Below, in pieces: positions 7,614 through 16,242 of a stretch of DNA of 64,000 nt. The notes beneath the pieces are model-generated. The model was not told the origin of the DNA. It ran no database searches and saw only the letters and a list, made by a program, of their open reading frames with translations. The position numbers were made by a program, and so were the translations under genes. The stretch is taken from contig DUMU01000035.1 in the NCBI GenBank assembly GCA_012839805.1, positions 105,296 to 169,295 of the forward strand, in the 5' to 3' direction. Numbering within the stretch: position 1 is the stretch's first letter; every line of letters starts with the position of its first letter. The DNA comes from Bacillota bacterium (GTDB lineage Bacteria > Bacillota > Limnochordia > Limnochordales > DUMU01).

Positions 7614-8894
7614 ATGCGCAAACGAAGTTCACAGGAGATGCGCAGCCACAACCAGGCGCTTCTCATCAACCTGATCCGAGAACGGGGTCCTGTTTCCCGC
7701 GCCGACCTGGTCAGGCTTACTTCGCTCAGTCCTACTACTGTTTCCACGATCGTGGGTCGCCTTATTCGTCAGGGTTTGATTCTTGAAGAATCCTCTACCG
7801 CCCGCCGGGGCGGTGCTGGCCGGCCGGCTATCAAGCTCCGTCTGAACCCGAAGTACGGCCAGGTGATCGGCGTTGATCTCGGTGTGTCTCGCATCGTTGT
7901 GGCGCTGGCGGACCTGCAAGGCCAGCTGCTAGCCCGGGTCGAAAGTCCCACTCCCCGAGAGGCCGAAACCGGGAAAACCGTCTCGGCTTGTGTCACGACC
8001 ATTCTGATGCTGATCGAAAAGCTCCCCGTCGGGCGACTCCTCGGCGTGGGAATGGGTCTTCCCGGGCTCGTCGACACCGCCTCCGGCGTGTCGCTCGTCT
8101 CTCCCAACCTGGGCTTCCGGAACGTCCCCTTCGGCGAATTGCTTCACCGTGCCCTCCGGGTTCCGGTCTTCCTGGAAAACGTGATCCATGTAACGACGCT
8201 CGGTGAAAAATGGTTCGGAGCCGGGGTTGACGTCGACGACATGATCTGCCTCGGGGTGGGCAGCGGCATCGGGGCGGGCGTAGTGGTGGACGGTCGCCTC
8301 TACCGGGGTCCGCTTGACAGTGCCGGTGAGATCGGCCACTCGCCTATCCCCCAGATATGCGCGGCTGAACCGCTTATTCCCGTGGGTGAACGTTGTGCGT
8401 GCGGCCGCACCGGGTGCCTGGAAACGGTAAGCAGCGGGCCGGCCATCGCCCGGGCGGCCGCCCGCGCCGCGGCCTCCGGTAAGTCGCAGGTGCTGGCCGG
8501 CCGGCTGGCTGAGCAGGGTAGCCGGTTCAGTGCCGCCGATGTCACGTGGGCGGCGGAAGCAGGTGACCCCATCGCCAGGCAGATCCTCAGCGAAGCCGGA
8601 ACGTACCTGGGCCTTGCCGTTGCCACGCTGGTCAACGTTTTCGGCATCGGAACGGTAGTAGCCGGCGGTGGTGTTTTCGGAGCCGGTCGCTGGATATGGG
8701 AGCCCATGGTCCGGGCCGCCCGGGCGCATGTTTTCTCGGTTGCTCCGGAGACGCTGCAGATCCGGCCTCGAGCCCTCGGTAGTGACGCGAGCCTGGTCGG
8801 GGCGGTCTCCCTTGCCCTGCAGCATCTAGTCTTCGAGTTCCCCGAACAGGAGGTGGTGGCAAGTTGCGTCCGCTCAACCACAGACAACTACTGA
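7614..8894 (+). CDS. ROK-family transcriptional repressor (NagC/XylR type)
   Basis: The N-terminal wHTH reads NQALLINLIRERGPVSRADLVRLTSLSPTTVSTIVGRLIRQGLI. The ROK sugar-kinase fold carries the zinc motif CACGRTGCLE. The start is ATG 7614 or 7572. Confidence 0.85.
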   Translation: MRKRSSQEMRSHNQALLINLIRERGPVSRADLVRLTSLSPTTVSTIVGRLIRQGLILEESSTARRGGAGRPAIKLRLNPKYGQVIGVDLGVSRIVVALADLQGQLLARVESPTPREAETGKTVSACVTTILMLIEKLPVGRLLGVGMGLPGLVDTASGVSLVSPNLGFRNVPFGELLHRALRVPVFLENVIHVTTLGEKWFGAGVDVDDMICLGVGSGIGAGVVVDGRLYRGPLDSAGEIGHSPIPQICAAEPLIPVGERCACGRTGCLETVSSGPAIARAAARAAASGKSQVLAGRLAEQGSRFSAADVTWAAEAGDPIARQILSEAGTYLGLAVATLVNVFGIGTVVAGGGVFGAGRWIWEPMVRAARAHVFSVAPETLQIRPRALGSDASLVGAVSLALQHLVFEFPEQEVVASCVRSTTDNY

Positions 8895-10918
8895 AGGTTT
8901 TGCTCACCGGTCTCGTGATCCTGCCCGCAGTTTCGACGCCGGGAAGGTGGGGAGAGACCTTAACGAAAGCGGCCGAAGACACCCCCGCGCGTTGGCCCCA
9001 GCCGGAGACCAGCCTTCGCCGGGTGGACGGCCGCCCGGTAGTGTTCCAGTATGGTCTTCCTCTACCTGAGTTTGCCGAAGCCGGCGAACGTGAGCGGCTC
9101 GAACTCACCGGCAGTTGGGAGTTCCGCCCGGATCCTAAGGGCGAGGGAGACAGGCAACGCTGGTTTGATCCTGCGACGACCGTCCCCGGCCCGGCGCCCG
9201 CAGGCAGCGGGACTTTGCCATCCTCCGACGGTTGGATTGAGGTGCCCGTTCCCGGCGTTTGGGACGAATACGAAGGCGGTCGCTGGGCGACCTATGACGG
9301 TACCACGTGGTTTCGGAAGACTTTTGTTACTCCGTCCGGGTGGGAGTCACCTGAGCATCGTATCCAGCTGGTATTCCTTGGGGTCGCAGACCACGCCCGA
9401 GTGTGGCTCAACGGCATCCCCGTCGCCGAACACCGGGGGGCCTACTTTCCCTTCGCGGTCGACGTCACCGGCCGGCTGCGGGCTCCGGGCGAAACCAACC
9501 TGCTGGTGGTACGTGCCGCCCGCCGCCCCTGGGGGACGGAGGATCTGAACACGCTGCCTCCGGGCCGGGCGTACGATTGGTGGCCTTACGGCGGCATTAC
9601 CGCGCCGGTGTACCTGGAGCGCTATCCATCCCTAAGCATCCGGAAACTGCGCGCGGCAGCCGCCCGCGGTCGCTTCGTGGCCGATGTCGTCGTGATGAAC
9701 CAAAGCCAGCGGCCAGAAACGATCGAAGTCTTCCTGATGCCCTGGGAAGCCCCGGCCGGCCAGAAGGTCAACACGGCAACAAGGTATTCGACCACTTTAT
9801 CCATCCGGCCTAACGAGGCACGGGTAGCGCATTTCGACCTTCCCCTCCCGGACGACCTCCCGCGCTGGTCGCCCTCCCGCCCCGTGCTGCACGAGGCCCG
9901 TGCCGAGCTTTATCGCCGGCGAGCCGGGGACTCTAACGGGGCCGGCGAGCTGCTTGATCGGTTGGCGGTTCACTACGGTGCTGTCGAGGTGGCGGTCCGC
10001 GGATCGCAACTGCTGCTCAACGACCGCCCGCTTTTCCTCAAAGGCGTGAACTGGCATGCGGATGCACCCGGCGCCGGCAGTGCCTTGACCGGGGAGCAGG
10101 TGGCCCGTGACCTGGACCTGGCCCGTGCCGCCGGCGTCAACTTCGTCCGCCTGTCCCACTACCCCCGGACACCCGCGGCCTATCACTACGCCGACACCCA
10201 CGGTTTACTCCTCCTGGACGAACTGCCGCTTTACTGGCTGAACTGGTCGCAGATGGACGCACTTCTGAACGAGACCGGCATCGCTCGGGCCGCGGCTGCG
10301 GAAATGGTCTGGAACAACGGTAACCACCCTTCTATCCTCCTCTGGAGTCTTCTCAACGAATGCGATACCGGCTCGAGGAGTGCGCCGGTCTCGCGACCGT
10401 TCATCAGCGCTTTGCGGGACGTGATCCGCGAGCTTGACCTGGCAGGGCGTCCAATTACCTACGCGTCTAATCACCTGGAAGATGATGTAGGATGGGACAT
10501 CGTCGATGTCATCGGAGTCAACGAATACTTCGGCTTTTTCTACGGTACGGACGATCAGGTCGGGCCGTACCTTGACCGGCTTCATCAACAATACCCGGCG
10601 AAGCCTATTCTGGTGACCGAATACGGAAATTGGGCCGTACTCGGCACGCCCCGTGAGGAGATACAGGCCGAGAAGCTGCGCCGCCATTGGCAACAATTCA
10701 TCGAGCGCGCCCATTTCGTAGCAGGTGCCGCCTGGTGGGTCTTCATCGACTACCGGACCCGGCACGAACCCGATTCGGCGATCCCGTATGTCAACACCAT
10801 GGGCCTCTTGGATAGAGAACGCCGTCCCAAGGCGGCCTATCGGGCCTATCATGACCTTCCGCTTCCGGCCGCGCCGGAGGGTCCGGAGGGTCAAGCCCAA
10901 CCCGTGGAAGGGAGGTGA
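8864..10918 (+). CDS. glycoside hydrolase family 2 (beta-galactosidase/beta-glucuronidase-like), secreted or anchored
   Basis: TTG start at 8864, 8 nt after AGGAGGTG, with an N-terminal hydrophobic segment. The GH2 sugar-binding region reads TWFRKTF...VFLGVADHARVWLNGIPV. The acid/base motif is NHPSILLWSLLNE and the nucleophile motif is PILVTEYG. Confidence 0.85.
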   Translation: MRPLNHRQLLKVLLTGLVILPAVSTPGRWGETLTKAAEDTPARWPQPETSLRRVDGRPVVFQYGLPLPEFAEAGERERLELTGSWEFRPDPKGEGDRQRWFDPATTVPGPAPAGSGTLPSSDGWIEVPVPGVWDEYEGGRWATYDGTTWFRKTFVTPSGWESPEHRIQLVFLGVADHARVWLNGIPVAEHRGAYFPFAVDVTGRLRAPGETNLLVVRAARRPWGTEDLNTLPPGRAYDWWPYGGITAPVYLERYPSLSIRKLRAAAARGRFVADVVVMNQSQRPETIEVFLMPWEAPAGQKVNTATRYSTTLSIRPNEARVAHFDLPLPDDLPRWSPSRPVLHEARAELYRRRAGDSNGAGELLDRLAVHYGAVEVAVRGSQLLLNDRPLFLKGVNWHADAPGAGSALTGEQVARDLDLARAAGVNFVRLSHYPRTPAAYHYADTHGLLLLDELPLYWLNWSQMDALLNETGIARAAAAEMVWNNGNHPSILLWSLLNECDTGSRSAPVSRPFISALRDVIRELDLAGRPITYASNHLEDDVGWDIVDVIGVNEYFGFFYGTDDQVGPYLDRLHQQYPAKPILVTEYGNWAVLGTPREEIQAEKLRRHWQQFIERAHFVAGAAWWVFIDYRTRHEPDSAIPYVNTMGLLDRERRPKAAYRAYHDLPLPAAPEGPEGQAQPVEGR

Positions 10919-11013
10919 TGGAAGTAGTACTGGCCGATAGGCAAAGCTGCAGCGGCCGCCGAGCAGGCAGTAGTGGAATCCCTCGGGTTTGTTAGATGGA
11001 AGGAGGATATGAG

Positions 11014-12297
11014 ATGACAAGCAAGGTTGGAGCCCGTAACGTGAAGCTCGTACTGGCGGTAGCAGTAGTAGCTATCGTAGTCTGGTTCGGATCGACCGCG
11101 CCGGGACAAGCAGCGATCGAACTTCGCTGGGCCTTTTGGGGTGGGGCGGACGACATGGCCATCAACCGGCAGCTGGCCCAGGCCTATGAGGCGACTCATC
11201 CCGGGGTGAAGATCGTCCTCCTGCAAGAGAGCGATTACGATACCAAAGTAACCACCATGATTGCCAGTAACAACCCTCCCGACGTTATGGAACTGGCAGA
11301 ATCGTTCATATCCTACGCATCTAAAGGACTGCTTGCCGATTTGACCCCGTTCATCCAGAGAGACAAGTTCGACATTGATGACTTCTACGCGGGAGTGGTC
11401 CGCGCCTACAGCTACGACAATAAGGTCATGGCCATACCCGTTCGCTGGGGGCCGATGATCCAATACTATAACAAAGATCTCTTCGCCGAAGCAGGTCTGC
11501 GGGAACCTGACCCGGAAACATGGACCTGGGACACGTTCGTGGCCGCCGGGCGCAAACTCACGCGGCTCGAAGGCCAAAAGAAACAGTTTGCCATTGCATC
11601 GACCGGTGACTGGTGGCCGTGGTGGATGACCCCCATTTACCAGAACGGTGGGGCGGTTTTGAGCGAGGACCGGAAGCGATGCTTAATGGGAGAGCAAGCG
11701 GCCGTAGATGCTCTTGAATGGTACCAGGGTCTCACCTGGAAGGAGCACATTGCCCCGCAGCCGGCCGACTGGGCGGCTTTCTCCGGCATGGGGCCCGACC
11801 AGCTCTTCGAAAACGGCCGGGTGGCCATGAACTGGACCGGCTTCTGGGCGGTTTACTGGCTGCGGCTCTATAAGAAGGTGAACTGGGACGTGATGTTCCT
11901 GCCGAAGGGGAAGGTGCGGGCCACCCCGCTTTTCTCCAACGGCTGGGCGATTCCCTCTTCTTCGCCCCATAAAGACCAGGCCTGGGAATTCATAAAGTTC
12001 CTGAGCAGTCCTGAACAGCAGCGTGTCATCGCCCGGTCCGGGCACGATGTGCCCGTTCGCAAGTCGGTCGCCCAATCCGCTGCCTTCCTCGATCCGAACC
12101 TGGCCCCGTCCCGACTCCAACTGGTCCTGGCATCTGCAGCTCACCTCTACGCTCCGCCTACCACCCCTTACTGGGGTCAGATGCTGGGGTTGATGGGCCA
12201 GGAGATCAGCGCCATGCTCCGTAACGAGCTGACTGCCCGCCAAGCTGCCGACCGGATTGTTCCGGCGGTGAACCAACTGCTTTCGGGAGGTAAGTAA
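11014..12297 (+). CDS. ABC transporter sugar-binding protein (family 1)
   Basis: ATG 11014 lies 7 nt after GGAAGGAGGA. It has a signal/anchor helix and a typical SBP_bac_1 pattern (LRWAFWGG..AYEATHPGVKIVLL, YYNKDLFAEAGL, AMNWTGFW). No permease genes are adjacent. Confidence 0.9.
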   Translation: MTSKVGARNVKLVLAVAVVAIVVWFGSTAPGQAAIELRWAFWGGADDMAINRQLAQAYEATHPGVKIVLLQESDYDTKVTTMIASNNPPDVMELAESFISYASKGLLADLTPFIQRDKFDIDDFYAGVVRAYSYDNKVMAIPVRWGPMIQYYNKDLFAEAGLREPDPETWTWDTFVAAGRKLTRLEGQKKQFAIASTGDWWPWWMTPIYQNGGAVLSEDRKRCLMGEQAAVDALEWYQGLTWKEHIAPQPADWAAFSGMGPDQLFENGRVAMNWTGFWAVYWLRLYKKVNWDVMFLPKGKVRATPLFSNGWAIPSSSPHKDQAWEFIKFLSSPEQQRVIARSGHDVPVRKSVAQSAAFLDPNLAPSRLQLVLASAAHLYAPPTTPYWGQMLGLMGQEISAMLRNELTARQAADRIVPAVNQLLSGGK

Positions 12298-12300
12298 GGA

Positions 12301-15246
12301 ATGTTGACCGTAGCCGGTCGCCCCCGCCTGTTGCTCATGTCGTCACTCTTTTATTTTCGCCTTCCCCGGCCGCTTTGGGGCGACCGGCTGCGCCTCCTGC
12401 GGCAGGCCGGATACACTGCCGTCGACGTTTACATCCCGTGGAATTACCACGAGCTTCGCCCCGGCTCTTTCGACTTCTCCGGTGAGCGTGACATCGAGGC
12501 TTTTTTTGAGCTGTGCGCCGCCGAAGGGCTCGCGGTCGTGGCCCGGCCCGGCCCCTATATCTGCTCGGAATGGGACGGGGGCGGCCTCCCGGCCTGGCTG
12601 GGAACACGAGCGGGCATGGAGCGAGTACTGCGTCAAAACCACCCCCTTTGGCTGGCAGAAGTGGCCCGGTGGTTCGACCAGGTACTGCCCCGGATCGCCC
12701 GGTATCAGGACCGTGGTCATGGAGAAGGGCCGGTGGTGGCAGTTCAGCTGGAAAACGAGCTGGACTTCTTTCCGTGTGAAGATCCCTCCGGCTATCTGGC
12801 CGAGCTGGCCCGGATGGCTCGCGAACGCGGTATTGTCGTACCCCTGCTAGCCTGCGCCGGGCAAGATAAAATCGAGGCTGCCGGCGGGCTTGCCGAAGGC
12901 GTTTGGCCCACCGTGAACCTGTATCCTCACGAGGACGAGCCCGGCATCGAGGAAAGGGTCGACCGGGTGGCGGCCAGAATCCATCCCCGCGCGGTTCTGG
13001 TCACCGAGACCGGTCGTTCCCACTTCCTGCTGCGCCGGCTGCTTGCCGCCGGGGCTAAGCTCCTCGGGCCGTACCTGCAGACCTCGGGCAACAATTTCGG
13101 GTACTGGTCGGGTCAAAACGATTGGGCCACTCCCACCTGCTTTCAGCCCACCAGGTATGACTTCGGCGGAATGATCGATTATGAGGGCAGGCCGCGCTGG
13201 CCCGAGTTCGGGGAGGCCCAATTGCTCGGGCAGCTCATTCGTACCTTTGAACCGGAACTCCTGGCTGCGAGCAGTACTCCTTATCCGGTGGAAGTTATAG
13301 CTAGCGAAACCACCCGACCGGAGGTTCTCGTCAAAGCGCGCCAACTGGGCCCGTTCATTGCCCTGATCGGGCTGGGCAGCGCGCCGGTGAACGTGAGGTT
13401 CGCGGGCGGCCAAGGCGAATACGTGTCGGCCACCGCCTATCCCCGGCGGGTTCGCTTCTTGCCGGTCGGGCTCTCGCTGGCCCGGTTCGGCCTGCCGGTA
13501 ACAGTTGAGAGCGCCAACGCGGAACTCGTCTCGGTCGAAGTCGCTCCTACCGAGCCGCCCCCAGGGGAGAACGGGTATTCGCGAGCTACACTCACTTTCG
13601 TAGGTGAGCCGGGAGAGACCGTCGAGGTCCGGCTGAGCCCGCTCCTAAGAGCTCCCGCCGCGGATGCTGCCGAAGACTCCAGACGAGGTAATACCGGCCG
13701 GTGCGTGCGGCTGACCGTTCCCAGCGCGCCCGGCGAAACTTGCTCGATCGCGGTCGAACTATCAGATGCTGAATTCCCTGCCCTGACGCCCGAATTTGGC
13801 GACCCGGTGCTGGCTCGTACCATCGAGCTGAGGACGGTATCCTGGCCATCGCCTGTAGATCGACGCGATGAACACGACCGTGCTCTCTTGCCGGCGCGAA
13901 TCGTCCGTAACGCTGCCGTCCCGCTGCCCGATCTCAAATCTGAGCCGGCAGGACCCCTGCAACCGCTGGGGCCGCTGGAGGAAGCCGGAATCAACCGCGG
14001 GTACGGCTGGTACCTAATGGCACTAAGGGAGTCGGCCACCGGTGCGTCGAGCCGGCGGGAAAGTGAGGAGACGGAAGGAAAGCTCTTCTTTTCCGGAGGC
14101 AGTGACGTTTTGAGCGTTTACTGGAACGGAAAATACCGGGGAACTCTCTGCCCGCGAGGGCGCCCGTTCGTGATCGGCCTGCCGCGGCGTCAAAGGGGGA
14201 CGCTGGCCATCCGGGTTGAGATCTGGGGGCACTCCAATTTTCACCATACTCGCGAACCGGCGCTGAGACTCGGCAGTCTGAGGGGGCTCACCGCCCCGTG
14301 GGGGTGGCTGGTGGAGAGCATCCCGCTCCCGGTTGAGGAGGTCAGCCAGGGGGCCGGATGGAGCTGGCGGTTGAAGTTACCTGCCAACGTATTCTGCTCC
14401 GGCTCGCGATGCTCGTCCTCGTTTCAGGCCGCGATCCTCGTCACCGGGTTGACCGGGCCGGCTCGCTTGTACTGGAAGTCGGGGGAGTCTCTCCAACCAG
14501 AGGGCAAGGCGGTTTTGTCCGGGGATGAGAATGGGGAGGGCCTTCCTGATCCTTCCGGGTGGATCTGGGCGCCCGGCGGGGTAGTGGCCATCGACGAGGT
14601 TCAATTAAAGAGGATAAGACGCGGGGGTTACTACTGCCTGGAGCTTGCCGAGGGAGCTCGCGGGCGCCGTGGTTCGGGAGCGAGCTGTGACCTGCAGGCG
14701 CGGTGGTTATGGCTCGCGGCGCCGGACCTGGCCGGGTACTCGCTTTTGCCCTGGGAGGCGGCACCGGAAGCTTGGCCCGGTCCGCTGAGTGCTGCCGGGC
14801 CGGTTCCGTCCGGACAGGAGATCTTTCCTTTGCGTCTTTCCCCGGGAGAAGTCCGTGAATTGATAGTATCCTTCTCCGGCCAAGGCGAAGAAGAAGGGCG
14901 ATGGAAATACGCGCTGGAACTGGACGGCACGGATTGCAAGGGCATCGTCTACTTGAACGGGCACCTGGTGGGACGTTTCTGGTTCGGTCCATCGCTCCCG
15001 CCCGACGAACAACATGCGTCACTTCCTTCCAGCTTCTACCTGCCGGAATGCTGGGTCAGCCCCGGCATCCCGAATTACCTGCGGCTTCTCGTGGAAGGAC
15101 TTGCGCCCTTGTCCGTCCCGGACTGCCGTCTCCCTGGCGTTTCGACTCCTCGGTGGCCGATGACCACGCCGAGCTCACCCGGCCGGCCGGCGTCTCCCTG
15201 CCTGTCCGCGCTACGGGTCATGGCGACGAGACCGAGCGTTGGGTGA
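12301..15246 (+). CDS. glycoside hydrolase family 35 beta-galactosidase-like, large multidomain
   Basis: The N-terminal GH35 signature is YFRLPRPLWGDRLRLLRQAGYTAVDVYIPWNYHE...RPGPYICSEWDGGGLPAWL, with acid/base AVQLENELDF. A long beta-sandwich-like C-terminal region follows. The last 29 nt overlap the convergent methyltransferase gene. Confidence 0.85.
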   Translation: MLTVAGRPRLLLMSSLFYFRLPRPLWGDRLRLLRQAGYTAVDVYIPWNYHELRPGSFDFSGERDIEAFFELCAAEGLAVVARPGPYICSEWDGGGLPAWLGTRAGMERVLRQNHPLWLAEVARWFDQVLPRIARYQDRGHGEGPVVAVQLENELDFFPCEDPSGYLAELARMARERGIVVPLLACAGQDKIEAAGGLAEGVWPTVNLYPHEDEPGIEERVDRVAARIHPRAVLVTETGRSHFLLRRLLAAGAKLLGPYLQTSGNNFGYWSGQNDWATPTCFQPTRYDFGGMIDYEGRPRWPEFGEAQLLGQLIRTFEPELLAASSTPYPVEVIASETTRPEVLVKARQLGPFIALIGLGSAPVNVRFAGGQGEYVSATAYPRRVRFLPVGLSLARFGLPVTVESANAELVSVEVAPTEPPPGENGYSRATLTFVGEPGETVEVRLSPLLRAPAADAAEDSRRGNTGRCVRLTVPSAPGETCSIAVELSDAEFPALTPEFGDPVLARTIELRTVSWPSPVDRRDEHDRALLPARIVRNAAVPLPDLKSEPAGPLQPLGPLEEAGINRGYGWYLMALRESATGASSRRESEETEGKLFFSGGSDVLSVYWNGKYRGTLCPRGRPFVIGLPRRQRGTLAIRVEIWGHSNFHHTREPALRLGSLRGLTAPWGWLVESIPLPVEEVSQGAGWSWRLKLPANVFCSGSRCSSSFQAAILVTGLTGPARLYWKSGESLQPEGKAVLSGDENGEGLPDPSGWIWAPGGVVAIDEVQLKRIRRGGYYCLELAEGARGRRGSGASCDLQARWLWLAAPDLAGYSLLPWEAAPEAWPGPLSAAGPVPSGQEIFPLRLSPGEVRELIVSFSGQGEEEGRWKYALELDGTDCKGIVYLNGHLVGRFWFGPSLPPDEQHASLPSSFYLPECWVSPGIPNYLRLLVEGLAPLSVPDCRLPGVSTPRWPMTTPSSPGRPASPCLSALRVMATRPSVG

Positions 15247-16039
15247 TCCAGACGGCATCCGTGCTGGCTTCGGTGAGCGGCTCGTGGTGGAAGCCCCCCA
15301 GGACCTCCACCAGTTCAAGACCGGCCAGGCGCAGAAGTAGCGTACACTCGGCCGGAAAGACGTAACGGATGGAAAAACTCCCGTACACCCTTTGAACCGG
15401 CTGTCCTTTTTCATCCAGCAGGTCGAAGAAGAGATGATCGTCTATCCGCTGCTCGAGCCGGTCGAACTCGGTTGCCTCCCAGAGGAGGAACATCCTACCG
15501 GTACGGGGATGGCGGTATCGACCCCGAAAATGGTACGATGAGTCCTCGGAGGCGATCAACTGCAAGTCGGGCAAGAAGAAGTCGAAGATGAATCGCCCCC
15601 CGGGTGCGAGGTGTTCCCGTACCCGAGAGAGGGTGGCCAGCTGTTCCTCCTGGGTAAGGCAGTGGAGGAAAGTGCGGTACGGCATGATGATCAAGGGGAA
15701 GCGCCGGCCGAGGGAAAAATCGCGCATGTCGCCGGCCACGAACTGCACGTGACCGCGCAGGTCCGGCTGGGCCAAGCGCCGTCGTTCCGCTTCCTCCAGC
15801 ATCCGGGGGGAAAGCTCCAACCCCACGACGTCGAGGCCCGCGCGGGCCAGCGCGAAGCTGATGCGCCCGAGCCCCGAGCCGATCTCGAGGACCGGCCCGC
15901 CGGTGCGACCGGCCTGGGCCTGGTAGAAGGAGATGTCACCGGGTACGCCCGGTGAGGTCGCTTCGTAGAGTTCCGGCCAGTCGTAGTAAGTGTTGAGACC
16001 CTGTTCACCTGCGTGAGGGTGGTTCATGGCTGTAGACAA
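15218..16039 (-). CDS. class I SAM-dependent methyltransferase
   Basis: Motif I is VLEIGSGLGRISFALARAGLDVVGLELSPRMLE. The protein is 273 aa, a typical fold length. Confidence 0.9.
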   Translation of the reverse strand: MSTAMNHPHAGEQGLNTYYDWPELYEATSPGVPGDISFYQAQAGRTGGPVLEIGSGLGRISFALARAGLDVVGLELSPRMLEEAERRRLAQPDLRGHVQFVAGDMRDFSLGRRFPLIIMPYRTFLHCLTQEEQLATLSRVREHLAPGGRFIFDFFLPDLQLIASEDSSYHFRGRYRHPRTGRMFLLWEATEFDRLEQRIDDHLFFDLLDEKGQPVQRVYGSFSIRYVFPAECTLLLRLAGLELVEVLGGFHHEPLTEASTDAVWITQRSVSSP

Positions 16040-16242
16040 CCCTTCTCTGAGTGCTTCAGACTTGGCAGGCTTAACAATTCTGGAATAATTGTTCTTTCCC
16101 TGCCAGGAATGAGAGGAAAAAGGGCGAAGCCATATAGGTTAAGTCTAGCGATCGAAGTCGGGGCCGGGGGGTCTTCGCCCGGAGGATAGGTGTTGGTGAC
16201 GGGGCTTTCCCCGAGATAGGCCCTGTGAGGCAGGCGAGGCAG

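Noticed and set aside
15218-15246. 29-nt convergent overlap between the GH35 gene and the methyltransferase gene
   Set aside because: Short 3' overlaps of convergent genes are common in compact high-GC genomes. The GH35 tail is low-complexity, so its exact stop may be fortuitous. No regulatory meaning is inferred.
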